Positions 1-9,242 are shown, counted from the first letter of the stretch. The stretch is DNA of 32,000 nucleotides from an uncultured archaeon (GCA_964347045.1 CAYFXC010000001.1:219256-251255), one strand, 5' to 3'. The notes: a model not told the origin generated them from the letters alone. Made by a program: numbers and translations.

Positions 1-633
1 TCCTCTTTTTCGTAATTGTTGGGCATTAAAGGAAGTGAATTCCATTTCGTTTAAATTTATAAAATCAATACCAATCTCATCTAGTCGCCGAAACATGTCC
101 TTAAGCTGTTCTAGCATGCTAGGAATAATCGGGATTTCAATGCCAAGCTGTCCACGACCTTTCATTAATTTCTGTAATTCTTGGTAATCTTTTCCGACCT
201 CAAAGCGATGGAGTCGTAATTCATCTAACCCTGCATCTAAAAGTTCCTTTACTACGTCAAGAGGAACGGGTTCAAGACCAGTATACAAATGGATATGAAA
301 TGCTTCTCCAAATTCATTTTTGAATGCGCGAATGAATTTCAATGTTCTTTTTAATTTTAACAGCGGTTCACCACCAGTGATTCCCATTCCTGTGGCATTA
401 ATCATATGCGCTTCAGCTATTGCTTGTTCAACGGCACCTATCTCAACTTCATTGGCGAAAACAACATCTCGATTATGTCGTTCCTCAGATATTGGACAAT
501 AATAACAATCCTTTGAGCAGTTACCAGTGACAAAGAGTACGAGTTTAGCACCCTTCATACACTGACGACAACCCTTTGTAAGGCGTCCAATATACGGAGA
601 ATTTCCATGTGAAAGGTGGATATCGCGGACCAC
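1..633 (-). CDS. radical SAM domain protein (N-terminal ~211 codons; gene runs off the window start)
   Basis: Absent from the ORF track because it is truncated. GTG start (rc of 631-633) lies 6 nt after the stop of the upstream gene. Hand translation: VVRDIHLSHGNSPYIGRLTKGCRQCMKGAKLVLFVTGNCSKDCYYCPISEE...GMGITGGEPLL. It has a CxxxCxxC cluster motif (CSKDCYYC) and a GGEP motif. Confidence 0.8.
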   Translation of the reverse strand, partial: MVRDIHLSHGNSPYIGRLTKGCRQCMKGAKLVLFVTGNCSKDCYYCPISEERHNRDVVFANEVEIGAVEQAIAEAHMINATGMGITGGEPLLKLKRTLKFIRAFKNEFGEAFHIHLYTGLEPVPLDVVKELLDAGLDELRLHRFEVGKDYQELQKLMKGRGQLGIEIPIIPSMLEQLKDMFRRLDEIGIDFINLNEMEFTSFNAQQLRKRG

Positions 634-639
634 ATCAGT

Positions 640-1353
640 TCAACCCTTTTGCACTCGACGGCGGACGACAGGATCGCGATCGCTAACGTGTTTAAGAACA
701 GCTTCAAAGGTGTCCTCAGGAGCCAGTTGGCGCTTCAGGTACACTCCAGTGCGACCGACTTCGTCCCGACGCATTAGAATTTTGACTCTTTCTTTGACGA
801 TTTTAAGACTAACGCCAACTTTCTTTGCAACAATCAGTTCATTTCCAATAACTGGTGTTTCAACGTGTCCTTTTTCGGTTGGTTCAATTAGAATTAGACG
901 TTTGTCTACACCTGGGACACGTATTTCCTTTTGGAGATCTGATTGATTAAGACATCCACCGAACTGATAAAATTCAAGTTCAATCGGGGCAGGGCTTGTT
1001 AGAGGAAACGTCACCACAGAATTGTTGGGCAAATATATGTGGGCTTTAATAGCGTGAAATGGGGTTGCGTGTACTAGCTCTCGGTGGGTTATCTGGTAAC
1101 CGGCCTCTGTTAATGCAAACTCAACAGAAAACGAGGGTATGACCCTTGGAAGGTAAACGTCGATATCACTTTGTTCAGTAACATCGCCTCTACAAATACT
1201 GCCATGGATTAAGGGGTCAACTCCAATGAGTTTCAATGTGTCCATGATTTCAATGGCTTGTTGTCGTAATTTGGCGAGATGAGACCACCTTTCTTTGGAA
1301 TATATGACATCATGGCTTCCAGTATCCCGGCGGGTTGTTTTCTCTCGGGGCAT
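640..1353 (-). CDS. nucleotidyltransferase domain protein (Pol beta superfamily-like), function unknown
   Basis: 237-aa ORF with HGSICRGDVTEQSDIDVYL, matching the GS-x(n)-D-x-D minimal NTase signature. Tightly coupled to the downstream radical SAM gene. Confidence 0.55.
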   Translation of the reverse strand: MPREKTTRRDTGSHDVIYSKERWSHLAKLRQQAIEIMDTLKLIGVDPLIHGSICRGDVTEQSDIDVYLPRVIPSFSVEFALTEAGYQITHRELVHATPFHAIKAHIYLPNNSVVTFPLTSPAPIELEFYQFGGCLNQSDLQKEIRVPGVDKRLILIEPTEKGHVETPVIGNELIVAKKVGVSLKIVKERVKILMRRDEVGRTGVYLKRQLAPEDTFEAVLKHVSDRDPVVRRRVQKG

Positions 1354-1365
1354 TCTATATCGATC

Positions 1366-1692
1366 CTATTCAGGGGTTCTAACAGTCTCTTCAATCCATT
1401 GAAGGTAGGGCTTATGACCTTCTTGGATTTCGATTCTGACTATTTCAGGGACCTCATAGCTATGCATGTTTAGCACGGTTTCTCTTAGTTGGTTAAACAT
1501 GTCTTTTCTTGTTTTTATTAAGAGCAAAATCTCGGCATCTTCTACGATTTCTCCTTTCCAAGAATAAATCGATTTTTGGGGAATCATTCCAACACATGAT
1601 GCAAGCGAGTCTTTAACCAGTTTACGTCCAATCCTTTTGGCTTCATTCATTTTACCTACAGTAACGAATACAATACTGTACTGAGATGACAT
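1366..1692 (-). CDS. cutA: CutA1 divalent-cation tolerance protein family
   Basis: 108 aa. Typical CutA pattern: VFVTV...A..I...LV...LAACV...SIYSWKGEI...E..LLIKT...HSYEVPEI. Confidence 0.85.
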   Translation of the reverse strand: MSSQYSIVFVTVGKMNEAKRIGRKLVKDSLASCVGMIPQKSIYSWKGEIVEDAEILLLIKTRKDMFNQLRETVLNMHSYEVPEIVRIEIQEGHKPYLQWIEETVRTPE

Positions 1693-1810
1693 GGTTTCAC
1701 GCTCACCAATCGAGCCCCTGCCGTATCTCTTAAAAGCTTCTCTCTCATCGGTGCATCAAACATTTATACTCAATCCTTAAACTGTGGGCATTATCGAGGC
1801 GACATGTCGG

Positions 1811-2998
1811 ATGCTACAATTCGAATTCCTCCTTCCTTTACTTCCATGGCTTCTCATTCTAATGGCATGGATGATAATCATTGGACTCGCCTCAGTCTTC
1901 AAGTTAGAAAAATATGGGGTTGAAGTCGGTCCCTTCATGCTTTTTGCACGAACAGAACGGTTCAACAACTTATTAGATTGGATCGGAAGATGGCATCCTC
2001 GCGCGTGGCGCTACATTTGGTCATTTTTCATCGGTGTCGCTTTCTTTTTCTCATTATTTGGGTTCTACTTCTTGGGATCAAATGCTTGGGAATTTATTAA
2101 AGCGCTCTTGGGGCAACCCGCTTCTCCAGGACCGGTAGCTCCTCTCATTCCGGGTCTCACCATGTCTTACAATTTCTTTTTGATGATCCTTTTTCCTTTA
2201 ATTGTTGCAGTCATTGTTCATGAGCTCGCTCATGGAATTGCTGCCCGTGCTGACAACATTCCTGTTCAAAGTTCAGGGCTCTTCGTATTTTTGGTCTTTT
2301 TCGGGGCATTCGTGGAACCCGATGAAGAATATGTTAAAATTAAAACTACACGGCGACAACGGGCTCGGCTTTTTGCTTCTGGTTCAGGTGCCAATCTTGC
2401 TGTTGCTGCAATCGCATTGATTCTCCTCATTTTTGTAATTATTCCTATCCCTAGTGGAGCGCTCATTAATAGTGTCGTTCCAGGCAGTCCAGCGGACGGT
2501 GTGCTTGCTCCTGGCATGGTTATCATCGAAATGAATGATACAACTATTCAAACTAACCAAGATCTTAGTGCTTTCATGCTAAATGCAAGTCCTGGTGATT
2601 TGGTGATATTCACAGTGCTAGAAGGCACAATTCCGCTTGTAGTTGGTGTGAATCCCACTAACGCATCGCTTCCCTTTATCGGGATTTTCATACGGACATA
2701 TGTTCCACTGGCTTATCCATTTAGCCTTCTCGGGCCGACATTAGGTACTCAGTTCTACGAAAGTCTAACTTGGTTCTTCATGATTACGCTCAGTCTTGCA
2801 ATTATTAACCTCTTGCCTGTTCCTCCGTTAGATGGTGACAGACTTTGGAAAGATCTCATTGATGTCACAATCTCTCTTGAGCGAAGAGGTGGGAAAGCCC
2901 TCTTGTGGGGTCTCCGAATCACTGCACTTACCATTCTTGCTCTTAACATTATATTCACAATTCTCACTCCCGGCCTTCTTGCTTGGTTCTTTCGGTAA
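1811..2998 (+). CDS. site-2 protease family (M50) membrane metalloprotease with PDZ domain
   Basis: HELAHG zinc motif, multiple TM segments, PDZ-like middle region and C-terminal NLLPVPPLDG motif. ORF opens at 1784 (GTG). ATG 1811 is preferred because a TATA-like TTTATAC sits at about 1762. Confidence 0.85.
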   Translation: MLQFEFLLPLLPWLLILMAWMIIIGLASVFKLEKYGVEVGPFMLFARTERFNNLLDWIGRWHPRAWRYIWSFFIGVAFFFSLFGFYFLGSNAWEFIKALLGQPASPGPVAPLIPGLTMSYNFFLMILFPLIVAVIVHELAHGIAARADNIPVQSSGLFVFLVFFGAFVEPDEEYVKIKTTRRQRARLFASGSGANLAVAAIALILLIFVIIPIPSGALINSVVPGSPADGVLAPGMVIIEMNDTTIQTNQDLSAFMLNASPGDLVIFTVLEGTIPLVVGVNPTNASLPFIGIFIRTYVPLAYPFSLLGPTLGTQFYESLTWFFMITLSLAIINLLPVPPLDGDRLWKDLIDVTISLERRGGKALLWGLRITALTILALNIIFTILTPGLLAWFFR

Positions 2999-3020
2999 AT
3001 GAATGGAAATTTATTACTAA

Positions 3021-3989
3021 ATGCGCACAATCAATATGACGTTTATGACGAATGAATGTACCATGTGTGGGGCCACTTCGATTATTTCTCGACCATATTC
3101 AGGTGAGGTACTCTGTGAGAGGTGTTTTCGCGAATCTGTTATCAACGCTATTCGGATGGCTATTTCGAAATTCAATATGCTGCAACGAACAGATCGAATC
3201 GCCGTTGCTTATTCGGGTGGCAAAGATAGTACTGTGCTCTTGGCGGTTCTTGTGGAAATCCAACAGCGGTTTCCTGAATCGGAAGTAATAGCAATTACTC
3301 TTGAAGAAGGGAGTAAACATGACCGTGATCGTCAAAAGGTGTTACGAACCGTGACGAACACGCTCAACGTCGAACATGTGACTTCCTCATATCACGACCT
3401 GTTTTCACTTACCCTGGATGAGGTTGCCACACAAACCCAAGCCATGCAATCACCCCTTTCCCCTTGTGCATATTGTGGAACTCTTCGGAGACAGGGATTA
3501 AATTTACTGGCTCGAAAAATCCAGGCTGACAAACTTGCTTTAGGACATAATCTTGATGATGAAATTCAATCGATGCTTATGAACCTCATCCGTGGAGATT
3601 TGCTACGCCTATCACGAATTACGCCCTATCTTAAAGGAGTTCCCGACTGGCTAATCCCTCGTATTAAACCCATGTATCACCTCCTTGAAAGTGATATTGC
3701 CTTATTTTCACAATTACTTGGATATCCCATATACCATCCTCCATGTTCCTACAAAGAAACATCTTTACGCTCAGAAATACGGAAGTGGCTCAACACCTTC
3801 GAAATCGAACATCCAGGATCCAAATACAACCTACATGCAACCATCATGAAAATCATCGAATCCCTTCAAAATGATGAAGAGGCTCCATATCAGAAGTGTC
3901 AGGTTTGTGGTGAAATCACCTCTCAGCGAGTCTGCGCAGTATGTCTTCATAGAGAAACCCTTGGATACTCATCTACAAAAAAGGGGTAA
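3021..3989 (+). CDS. PP-loop ATPase, tRNA 2-thiolation protein of the TtuA/Ncs6 (NcsA) family
   Basis: SGGKDS PP-loop, N-terminal CxxC...CxxC and C-terminal CxxC...CxxC zinc-finger pairs. True start may be ATG 3045 (MTNECTMCG). Confidence 0.8.
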   Translation: MRTINMTFMTNECTMCGATSIISRPYSGEVLCERCFRESVINAIRMAISKFNMLQRTDRIAVAYSGGKDSTVLLAVLVEIQQRFPESEVIAITLEEGSKHDRDRQKVLRTVTNTLNVEHVTSSYHDLFSLTLDEVATQTQAMQSPLSPCAYCGTLRRQGLNLLARKIQADKLALGHNLDDEIQSMLMNLIRGDLLRLSRITPYLKGVPDWLIPRIKPMYHLLESDIALFSQLLGYPIYHPPCSYKETSLRSEIRKWLNTFEIEHPGSKYNLHATIMKIIESLQNDEEAPYQKCQVCGEITSQRVCAVCLHRETLGYSSTKKG

Positions 3990-3990
3990 A

Positions 3991-4342
3991 GGGTGGACGG
4001 AAGCCCCGACGGTCGTCAACCCTCACTGATGCCGTACTCACCGCTAGGTCTCAGACCCGGATCTCGGAAGCATCAACAGTACAGGTTTACGCTGCTCCCT
4101 CCCGGGTCTCGCTGGGTTCACCTGATAAAGACGATTCAGCCCTTCCTACGAAAAGCCTACCGCCACCAGCGATCCTCCGAGGCGGATCGTCACTGCCTTG
4201 AACAGTGAGTCGTACAACAGGTCAGAAAGCCTAACGTCGGCATTCAGCCCGCCGTAGAGAGCATCTGCGGTACAGGGGAGCCTTAGCCAGCCCGTAGCGG
4301 TGCTGCGGGACTTCTAGCCCCCCGCCTAGGCTCACCGTCCAA
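3991..4342 (-). ncRNA. rnpB: RNase P RNA (archaeal type)
   Basis: GC-rich, non-coding stretch of about 350 nt. Ends pair (GGACGG / CCGUCC, P1). Minus-sense GAAGUCCCG (rc of 4306-4314, CR-I-like AGAAGUCC) is fully complementary to CGGGGCUUC (rc of 4000-4008), which lies just 5' of the P1 3' strand; this is the P4 pseudoknot geometry. GAGUACGG...CAGUGAGGG and GGUGAACCC / GCGUAAACC resemble conserved RNase P segments. TATA box about 22 nt upstream. Confidence 0.7.
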
Positions 4343-4362
4343 TCAGCTCACACACTCTCGCG

Positions 4363-4370
4363 ATATTTAA
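4363..4370 (-). promoter_or_regulatory. TATA box (TTAAATAT, minus sense) for RNase P RNA
   Basis: AT-rich octamer about 21-25 nt upstream of the predicted 5' end of the RNase P RNA. Confidence 0.45.
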
Positions 4371-4373
4371 CCT

Positions 4374-4877
4374 TTACTTAGTCCGCCCTTTTGAGCGCCA
4401 AATTTGGATAATGTATAGTGGAATTGCAACTATGAAACATACGATGCTGAAGAATGTGATTGTCGAATAGGATGCGAACCCTAGGAATGGATTTCCCAAT
4501 ATTGGCCAAAATGGCTGCATTTCGGGGTATAAGAGCGCATCTAATACAATATGTGAATACGCGCCAATGAGCGTGGCTACGGTGATATTTAGCGGAGAGG
4601 CGATTTGAGGAAGGAGAAAGGCTGTCATTATTTTTTCCAAAACGCCTCTGAGAAGGAAAATTCCCACTGCCATAAGTAGAGCTGCTATTGTCGCTCCCAA
4701 GAATGTATGAAAGAATAAATGCAGCACCGGTGAATCGAGAAGAAGAAAGGTTAGTGGTTCAAGGTCAACGATGATACTCCCAAACAAGATGTTGGGGAGG
4801 AACAAAAATGGAAAGAAGATCAGTCCAATCAAGAGGCTCGGACCCAGGTGGAAGGGAGTAAACGGCATGAAGTACAA
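4374..4877 (-). CDS. polytopic membrane protein, function unknown (possibly membrane-bound metal-dependent hydrolase-like)
   Basis: 167 aa, about 5 hydrophobic segments, N-terminal PFTPFHLGP motif and a later HIVLD. No confident family assignment. Confidence 0.45.
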   Translation of the reverse strand: MYFMPFTPFHLGPSLLIGLIFFPFLFLPNILFGSIIVDLEPLTFLLLDSPVLHLFFHTFLGATIAALLMAVGIFLLRGVLEKIMTAFLLPQIASPLNITVATLIGAYSHIVLDALLYPEMQPFWPILGNPFLGFASYSTITFFSIVCFIVAIPLYIIQIWRSKGRTK

Positions 4878-4911
4878 CTCTGGAATACTATTACTGAAAT
4901 TAGGTGAAGAA

Positions 4912-4997
4912 TGGCGCCGAGGACGAGATTTGAACTCGTGAGTCCTATGGACACAGACTTAGCAGGCCTGCTCCCTACCAGGCTAGGATACCTCGGC
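4912..4997 (-). tRNA. tRNA-Ser (GCU), no intron, CCA encoded
   Basis: Hand-folded: acceptor GCCGAGG/CCUCGGC, anticodon arm CAGGC-CUGCUAA-GUCUG, long variable arm UGUCCAUAGGACUC, T-loop UUCAAAU, discriminator G. Confidence 0.9.
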
Positions 4998-5036
4998 ACT
5001 GACTGTTTGCTTGTAGAAGTTGCCTTATTAAAAACA

Positions 5037-5459
5037 TTATGATGATCTGTTCTTGAAGACAGAGCGGAAACTGTAGTCAGGAATAGCGATAATGAAGATG
5101 GTGAAGACAATTCCAATTATACCATCGATGATTCCAAGAATAAGAAGGGCTGGAGGTAATCCAAATAGAATGTAGTATACTAAAATTGTGAAGGCAATTA
5201 AGCGGCCAGGTGTGTTTGCAACAGGTATTATGATGTACTGATCGAGATTTCTTGATGCAACTAATAATGCGATTCCAAAAGCGAGTAGAAATGCTCCAAT
5301 AATTTGTAAAAGTGCTCCTGAAAGTATTGTAATGGGATAGTCTAGAAGAATTGATACTATCGATGAACCAAAGAGAAAGATCACGGCTAAAACGATATCA
5401 TATAGTCCTGAGAAAAGGACAAACCGGGCAAACCACTTTTTCATGTTCATGGGCTCCAC
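5037..5459 (-). CDS. small integral membrane protein, function unknown
   Basis: 140 aa with four hydrophobic helices. No recognisable motif. Confidence 0.5.
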   Translation of the reverse strand: MEPMNMKKWFARFVLFSGLYDIVLAVIFLFGSSIVSILLDYPITILSGALLQIIGAFLLAFGIALLVASRNLDQYIIIPVANTPGRLIAFTILVYYILFGLPPALLILGIIDGIIGIVFTIFIIAIPDYSFRSVFKNRSS

Positions 5460-5512
5460 GAAAAAAGCCTGTAGACAAAGTCTTAGTTAGGTTATTGTAA
5501 AAAAAGGTTCTT

Positions 5513-5621
5513 TGGTGGGCCGAGAGGGATTTGAACCCTCGACCATCGCGGTGTAAGCGCGATATCATAGCCTTCTAGTCTAAAAGGGAAAAACCCATGA
5601 AGATAGCTAGACCATCGGCCC
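5513..5621 (-). tRNA. tRNA-Val (UAC) with a ~31-nt intron in the D-loop, CCA encoded
   Basis: Acceptor GGGCCGA/UCGGCCC, anticodon arm UCGCG-CUUACAC-CGCGA, T-arm GAGGG-UUCAAAU-CCCUC. The D-loop is interrupted between AGCU and AGGCUA by about 31 nt (about 5574-5604). The exact junction is ambiguous because of GCUAU direct repeats. Confidence 0.85.
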
Positions 5622-5688
5622 AACCTGTGGTGAGATGTTTAATAGCTCCATAAAAAGCTTCTCGAAGCCAAATTAGTAGTAAAAAAAA

Positions 5689-6210
5689 CTAATTGTGATC
5701 GATTTCTTGTTCAAGGACTTGAATCTGCTTTCTAAGCAAATCGATGGTTTGAATATTTTCAACATGAACGAGTTGTCCGTTGCAAATTGGACATTTGAAG
5801 GCATTTGTCATGGCTTCTTCAAAGGTGTGTCGAGGACATCCATTTTTGTGGCAGTGATAAAATGTATTTTCCGTTTCGAATTGGAGTCGTTGCTTTAGCT
5901 TTTCAAGTACCCTGGTTTTTTTCGCGTGGAGAAGACCATGAATGCGCTCGGGTTCTAATATCCAATAGTAGACAAACCATCCAGTTTGTTTATCGCGGGT
6001 ACGGCGATATGACGCTAAATGAAGATCATAGAGCTTGTAGAGGATTTTCCGAACGGTGTTTAGGCGCATGCCTGTATCGTTAGCAATTTCCTCATCAGTC
6101 GTTTCTTCATCCTCTTTCAAACGCGTAACTACTTCAAATGCGTCTTCACCGGCGAATTCAATGACAACCTGCCTAATTAGCGTCTCACGTCCGGGCATAG
6201 ATTTACACAT
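5689..6210 (-). CDS. tfe: transcription factor E (TFE, TFIIE-alpha homolog)
   Basis: 173 aa. N-terminal winged-helix region (ANDTGMRLNTVRKILYKLYD), then a CxxxxC...CxxC zinc ribbon (YHCHKNGC...FKCPIC). Confidence 0.85.
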   Translation of the reverse strand: MCKSMPGRETLIRQVVIEFAGEDAFEVVTRLKEDEETTDEEIANDTGMRLNTVRKILYKLYDLHLASYRRTRDKQTGWFVYYWILEPERIHGLLHAKKTRVLEKLKQRLQFETENTFYHCHKNGCPRHTFEEAMTNAFKCPICNGQLVHVENIQTIDLLRKQIQVLEQEIDHN

Positions 6211-6283
6211 AATCTAATCTTGCATCGAATATAGACCTTTTTGTTTAACAAAGCAAATTCCAGAATTGAATCGCTTGAAATTG

Positions 6284-6832
6284 TTAATCGGATTCAGTTA
6301 CGCGTTTTCCATGGGGGGTAGGTTCAATTTCGAGTGTAGCGTCAGGAAATTTTCTATGAAGTATTTGTCCTTCAAAGAGTCGGTCCAAAAAAACGGACAG
6401 TGCTGCAACTTCGCTATGGGGTTGATGACCAATTGCAACATTATAATCAGCCAATCGAAACACATCAATGGGTACTTTGGGACCTCCTACAACAATGAGT
6501 TTTGGGTGGGGTGAAGTGCGTATTTGGGATATCACATCATCCACATGAAGTCCGTACATGGTGAGGTGAATGATGTCACCTCCATCTTTCTTCCATGAGC
6601 GAATCCGTGTTTGCCATTTTACTCCTGTAATTACTTGGAAACTTCGGTTTCCCCATTGTGAAGATACTCTATGTATTGTTTCTGGGATGTTGGGGTCTTG
6701 TAATCCTGATATCCAAAATTCTGTTGCACCAAATGCCCGAGCGACTAACCCTACATGGGTTGTAAGGCGTTTATCACGTTCAGGGCGATGATCCAGCTTT
6801 AACACAACAATTTGTAATTCTGCTGGGTTCAT
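6284..6832 (-). CDS. trm56: tRNA (cytidine56-2'-O)-methyltransferase aTrm56 (SPOUT family)
   Basis: N-terminus VVLKLDHRPERDKRLTTHVGLVARAFGA matches the conserved aTrm56 signature (LGHRxxRDKRxTTHVxLxARAFGA). 182 aa. Confidence 0.8.
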   Translation of the reverse strand: MNPAELQIVVLKLDHRPERDKRLTTHVGLVARAFGATEFWISGLQDPNIPETIHRVSSQWGNRSFQVITGVKWQTRIRSWKKDGGDIIHLTMYGLHVDDVISQIRTSPHPKLIVVGGPKVPIDVFRLADYNVAIGHQPHSEVAALSVFLDRLFEGQILHRKFPDATLEIEPTPHGKRVTESD

Positions 6833-6878
6833 GTGAGTTTCATGTCCGTCAAATTCTTTGAATAATATTTAGGAAATA

Positions 6879-7385
6879 TTAGGAGGAGGTTTTTTTCCGC
6901 TTTATCTGAACAACATCCCCTAGAGTAGCTGAACTCTGGGAAGGTACAGGTGAAAGATCAACTGACTCCGCTTCTTCAAGCAGTGTTAACTTGAATAAGC
7001 GCTCTAATTTTCTGGCTAAAGCTATTGTGGGGGTCATCTTGCCATTCTCGACTTTCGTTATCACTGAAGTTCTTTCATGAAGTTCCCGAGCTACTTCTTT
7101 TTGAGACATCCCTCTCTGCTCACGTGCTTTCCTAATCAATTTTGTAAAATCTTCTACTGGAACCAATTCACGACGCTGAGCTCGAGGTGGTCCACGCCTA
7201 ATTTCACGATCGATATAAACGGGGTGACGTATTGGAGGAGTTAAGGAATCAAATCTAGGCTTTTTCTTGCGATGGACTGGTTCTCCTAATTGGGCGCATC
7301 GACTACACGCATGGAGATGTGCACCCTCAAGGGCGATTTCTCTGGTTGAATGACATTCACGACCACATATTTCGCAGGTTGGCAT
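6879..7385 (-). CDS. mbf1: archaeal multiprotein bridging factor 1 (aMBF1): zinc ribbon plus HTH_XRE
   Basis: MPTCEICGRE...CSRC zinc ribbon, C-terminal HTH (GMSQKEVARELHERTSVITKVENGK). ORF opens at 7412, but ATG 7385 gives the canonical MxxCExCG start. Confidence 0.85.
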   Translation of the reverse strand: MPTCEICGRECHSTREIALEGAHLHACSRCAQLGEPVHRKKKPRFDSLTPPIRHPVYIDREIRRGPPRAQRRELVPVEDFTKLIRKAREQRGMSQKEVARELHERTSVITKVENGKMTPTIALARKLERLFKLTLLEEAESVDLSPVPSQSSATLGDVVQIKRKKTSS

Positions 7386-7526
7386 ATTGCTTCTTCGCCA
7401 CCATGCTATCATTTACCCGCCAATATCTAAAAAATTGTTTATATTCTAATTATCTCTCAGAAGGTTTAAAACCAGCAATGGAGGAATAAAAAAAGCTTTT
7501 AGCGCGTTTGACTCAGAGAGTTTGCA

Positions 7527-8732
7527 ATGACCGATTCAACAGATCTCCGAAAGAAAGCGGTCTCTTCCGAGGATTATTTGAGCCTAGCTGAGCGAACAAT
7601 TCTGTTGGAACAACGCGTTCGAGAACTTGAGCTAGAAAGAGAACAAATAACAGCGGAACGTACTCGCCTAGAAAACGAAGTTAGGATTCTTCAGGCGGAA
7701 CTCAATAAATTACGACAACCTCCATTAGTCTCGGCTACTGTAGTAGATGTTCTTGACGACGGAAGAGTTATTGTGAAAAGCAGCACCGGACCACAGTTTG
7801 TTGTGAATTATCCCGAATCGATAATCGGAAGCCAGCTTGAATCGGGAGCCAAAGTGGCACTGAACCAACGCACTCTTGCCGTTGTTGATGTTTTACCTAT
7901 CTCCATCGACCCCTTTGTTCAGGCCATGAATGTTGAAGAAAGTCCTGATGTTACTTATGATGATATTGGGGGGTTGGAAGAACAGATTGAAGAAATCCGT
8001 GAAACCGTTGAACTCCCTCTTCTTCATCCCGAACTCTTTGAAAAGGTTGGTATCGAACCACCAAAGGGTGTTCTTCTCTGTGGTCCACCAGGAACAGGGA
8101 AAACATTACTAGCGAGAGCCGTTGCACATGAAACGATGGCGACATTCATTCGGGTAATTGGATCTGAACTTGTCCAAAAGTTCATAGGTGAGGGTGCAAG
8201 AATCGTAAGAGAAATCTTCTATATGGCTCGTAAACGAGCACCCAGTATAGTATTTATTGATGAATTGGATGCCGTTGCGAGTCGACGTCTCGATATTGCC
8301 ACAAGCGGGGATCGAGAAGTACAAAGGACACTCATGCAACTTCTGAGTATGCTTGATGGTTTCGATCCGCGAGGTGATGTACGCATTCTTGCTGCTACAA
8401 ACCGTCCTGACATCCTTGATACCGCCCTTACCCGACCTGGGCGATTTGATCGCATTATTGAGTTCCCATTTCCTGACAAAGAAGCTCGTGTACAAATTTT
8501 TAAAATTCATATGCGAAATATGAATGTTGAAGCGGATGTGGATATGGGTAAGCTTGCTTCAAAGACCTCTGGAGCCTCAGGAGCCGATTTGAAGGCAATC
8601 TGCACTGAAGCAGGAATGTTTGCAATTCGTGAACTGCGTGATGTTGTCTGCAGAGAAGATTTCAATAAAGCGATAAGTAAAGTTTTAGGCGCGATTGGTG
8701 ACCGGGGCGACACGACAGACATTTATGGATAA
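7527..8732 (+). CDS. pan: proteasome-activating nucleotidase (PAN, AAA+ ATPase)
   Basis: N-terminal coiled coil, OB region, Walker A GPPGTGKT, Walker B IVFIDELD, second region of homology, C-terminal hydrophobic-Tyr-X (IYG). Confidence 0.95.
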   Translation: MTDSTDLRKKAVSSEDYLSLAERTILLEQRVRELELEREQITAERTRLENEVRILQAELNKLRQPPLVSATVVDVLDDGRVIVKSSTGPQFVVNYPESIIGSQLESGAKVALNQRTLAVVDVLPISIDPFVQAMNVEESPDVTYDDIGGLEEQIEEIRETVELPLLHPELFEKVGIEPPKGVLLCGPPGTGKTLLARAVAHETMATFIRVIGSELVQKFIGEGARIVREIFYMARKRAPSIVFIDELDAVASRRLDIATSGDREVQRTLMQLLSMLDGFDPRGDVRILAATNRPDILDTALTRPGRFDRIIEFPFPDKEARVQIFKIHMRNMNVEADVDMGKLASKTSGASGADLKAICTEAGMFAIRELRDVVCREDFNKAISKVLGAIGDRGDTTDIYG

Positions 8733-8772
8733 GTTGTTTTACAAAAGACGAGGCGAGTCACGTCGCAAATCA

Positions 8773-9242
8773 ATGAAAAACTTTACCGAATTAGGGGAAT
8801 TGCTAACTATCAATTCAGTGCACCAATTGGACATATACTGTTTCCGGACGAATGTAAGGTTGAGATTTCTAAGAGTTCGGGGCGTATTCGTCGAATTACG
8901 TTTAACTCAAAGATTCTAGCTACTGTTAGAGCTCATGATGGATTTATTGTTCTTACAATTGAAGGTGGACAAAGGCTACATCAAACGGTCCCTTTTCCTA
9001 AATTAAGAGTCGTAGTGCATCAAGAAGTTGCTCAATTTATTGCTGAAGGACGCAGCGTCTTTGCTAAACATATTAAATCGGTGGATTCTCAACTTCGTGC
9101 GGGTGATGAGATATTAATTGTTGATGAACAAGATCAGCTTCTTGCAGTGGGAAAAGCCAATCTTAGTCCCCAGGAGATGCTTGAACTTACTCATGGAGTA
9201 GCTGTTAAAACGCGTCATTCAATTAAAAAACAAAAAACCTAA
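8773..9242 (+). CDS. PUA domain protein (pre-PUA plus PUA, about 156 aa) with a start-codon/frameshift problem
   Basis: The frame of ORF 9015..9242 (PUA: GRSVFAKHIKSVDSQLRAGDEILIVDEQDQLLAVGKA) stays open back to 8733. There it encodes the conserved N-terminal part (KLYRIRGIANYQFSAPIGHILFP...) but has no ATG/GTG/TTG before 9015. The only nearby ATG (8773) is in the +1 frame, just before an A5 run. Confidence 0.6.

Noticed and set aside
3993-4208. 71-aa ORF on the plus strand (and other short ORFs) in the GC-rich block 3991-4342.
   Set aside because: The region folds as RNase P RNA on the minus strand (P1 and P4 pairings, CR-I/CR-V-like blocks, TATA upstream). The ORF product is low-complexity, Arg/Pro/Ser-rich and has no motif.
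3991-4342. SRP (7S) RNA as an alternative identity for this RNA, prompted by the segment CCCGGGAGGGAGCAGCG, which resembles the SRP helix 8 region.
   Set aside because: There is no GGAA/GNAR-closed helix 8 and no long end-to-end rod. Instead, the GAAGUCCCG/CGGGGCUUC long-range pairing next to the terminal helix is the RNase P P4 architecture.
8730-8732. PAN-PUA fusion by stop-codon read-through, since the PUA frame is the same as the PAN frame.
   Set aside because: The 13 intervening codons show no conservation signal, and both proteins are normally separate in archaea. A 1-nt homopolymer error or shift at 8776-80 explains the data more simply.
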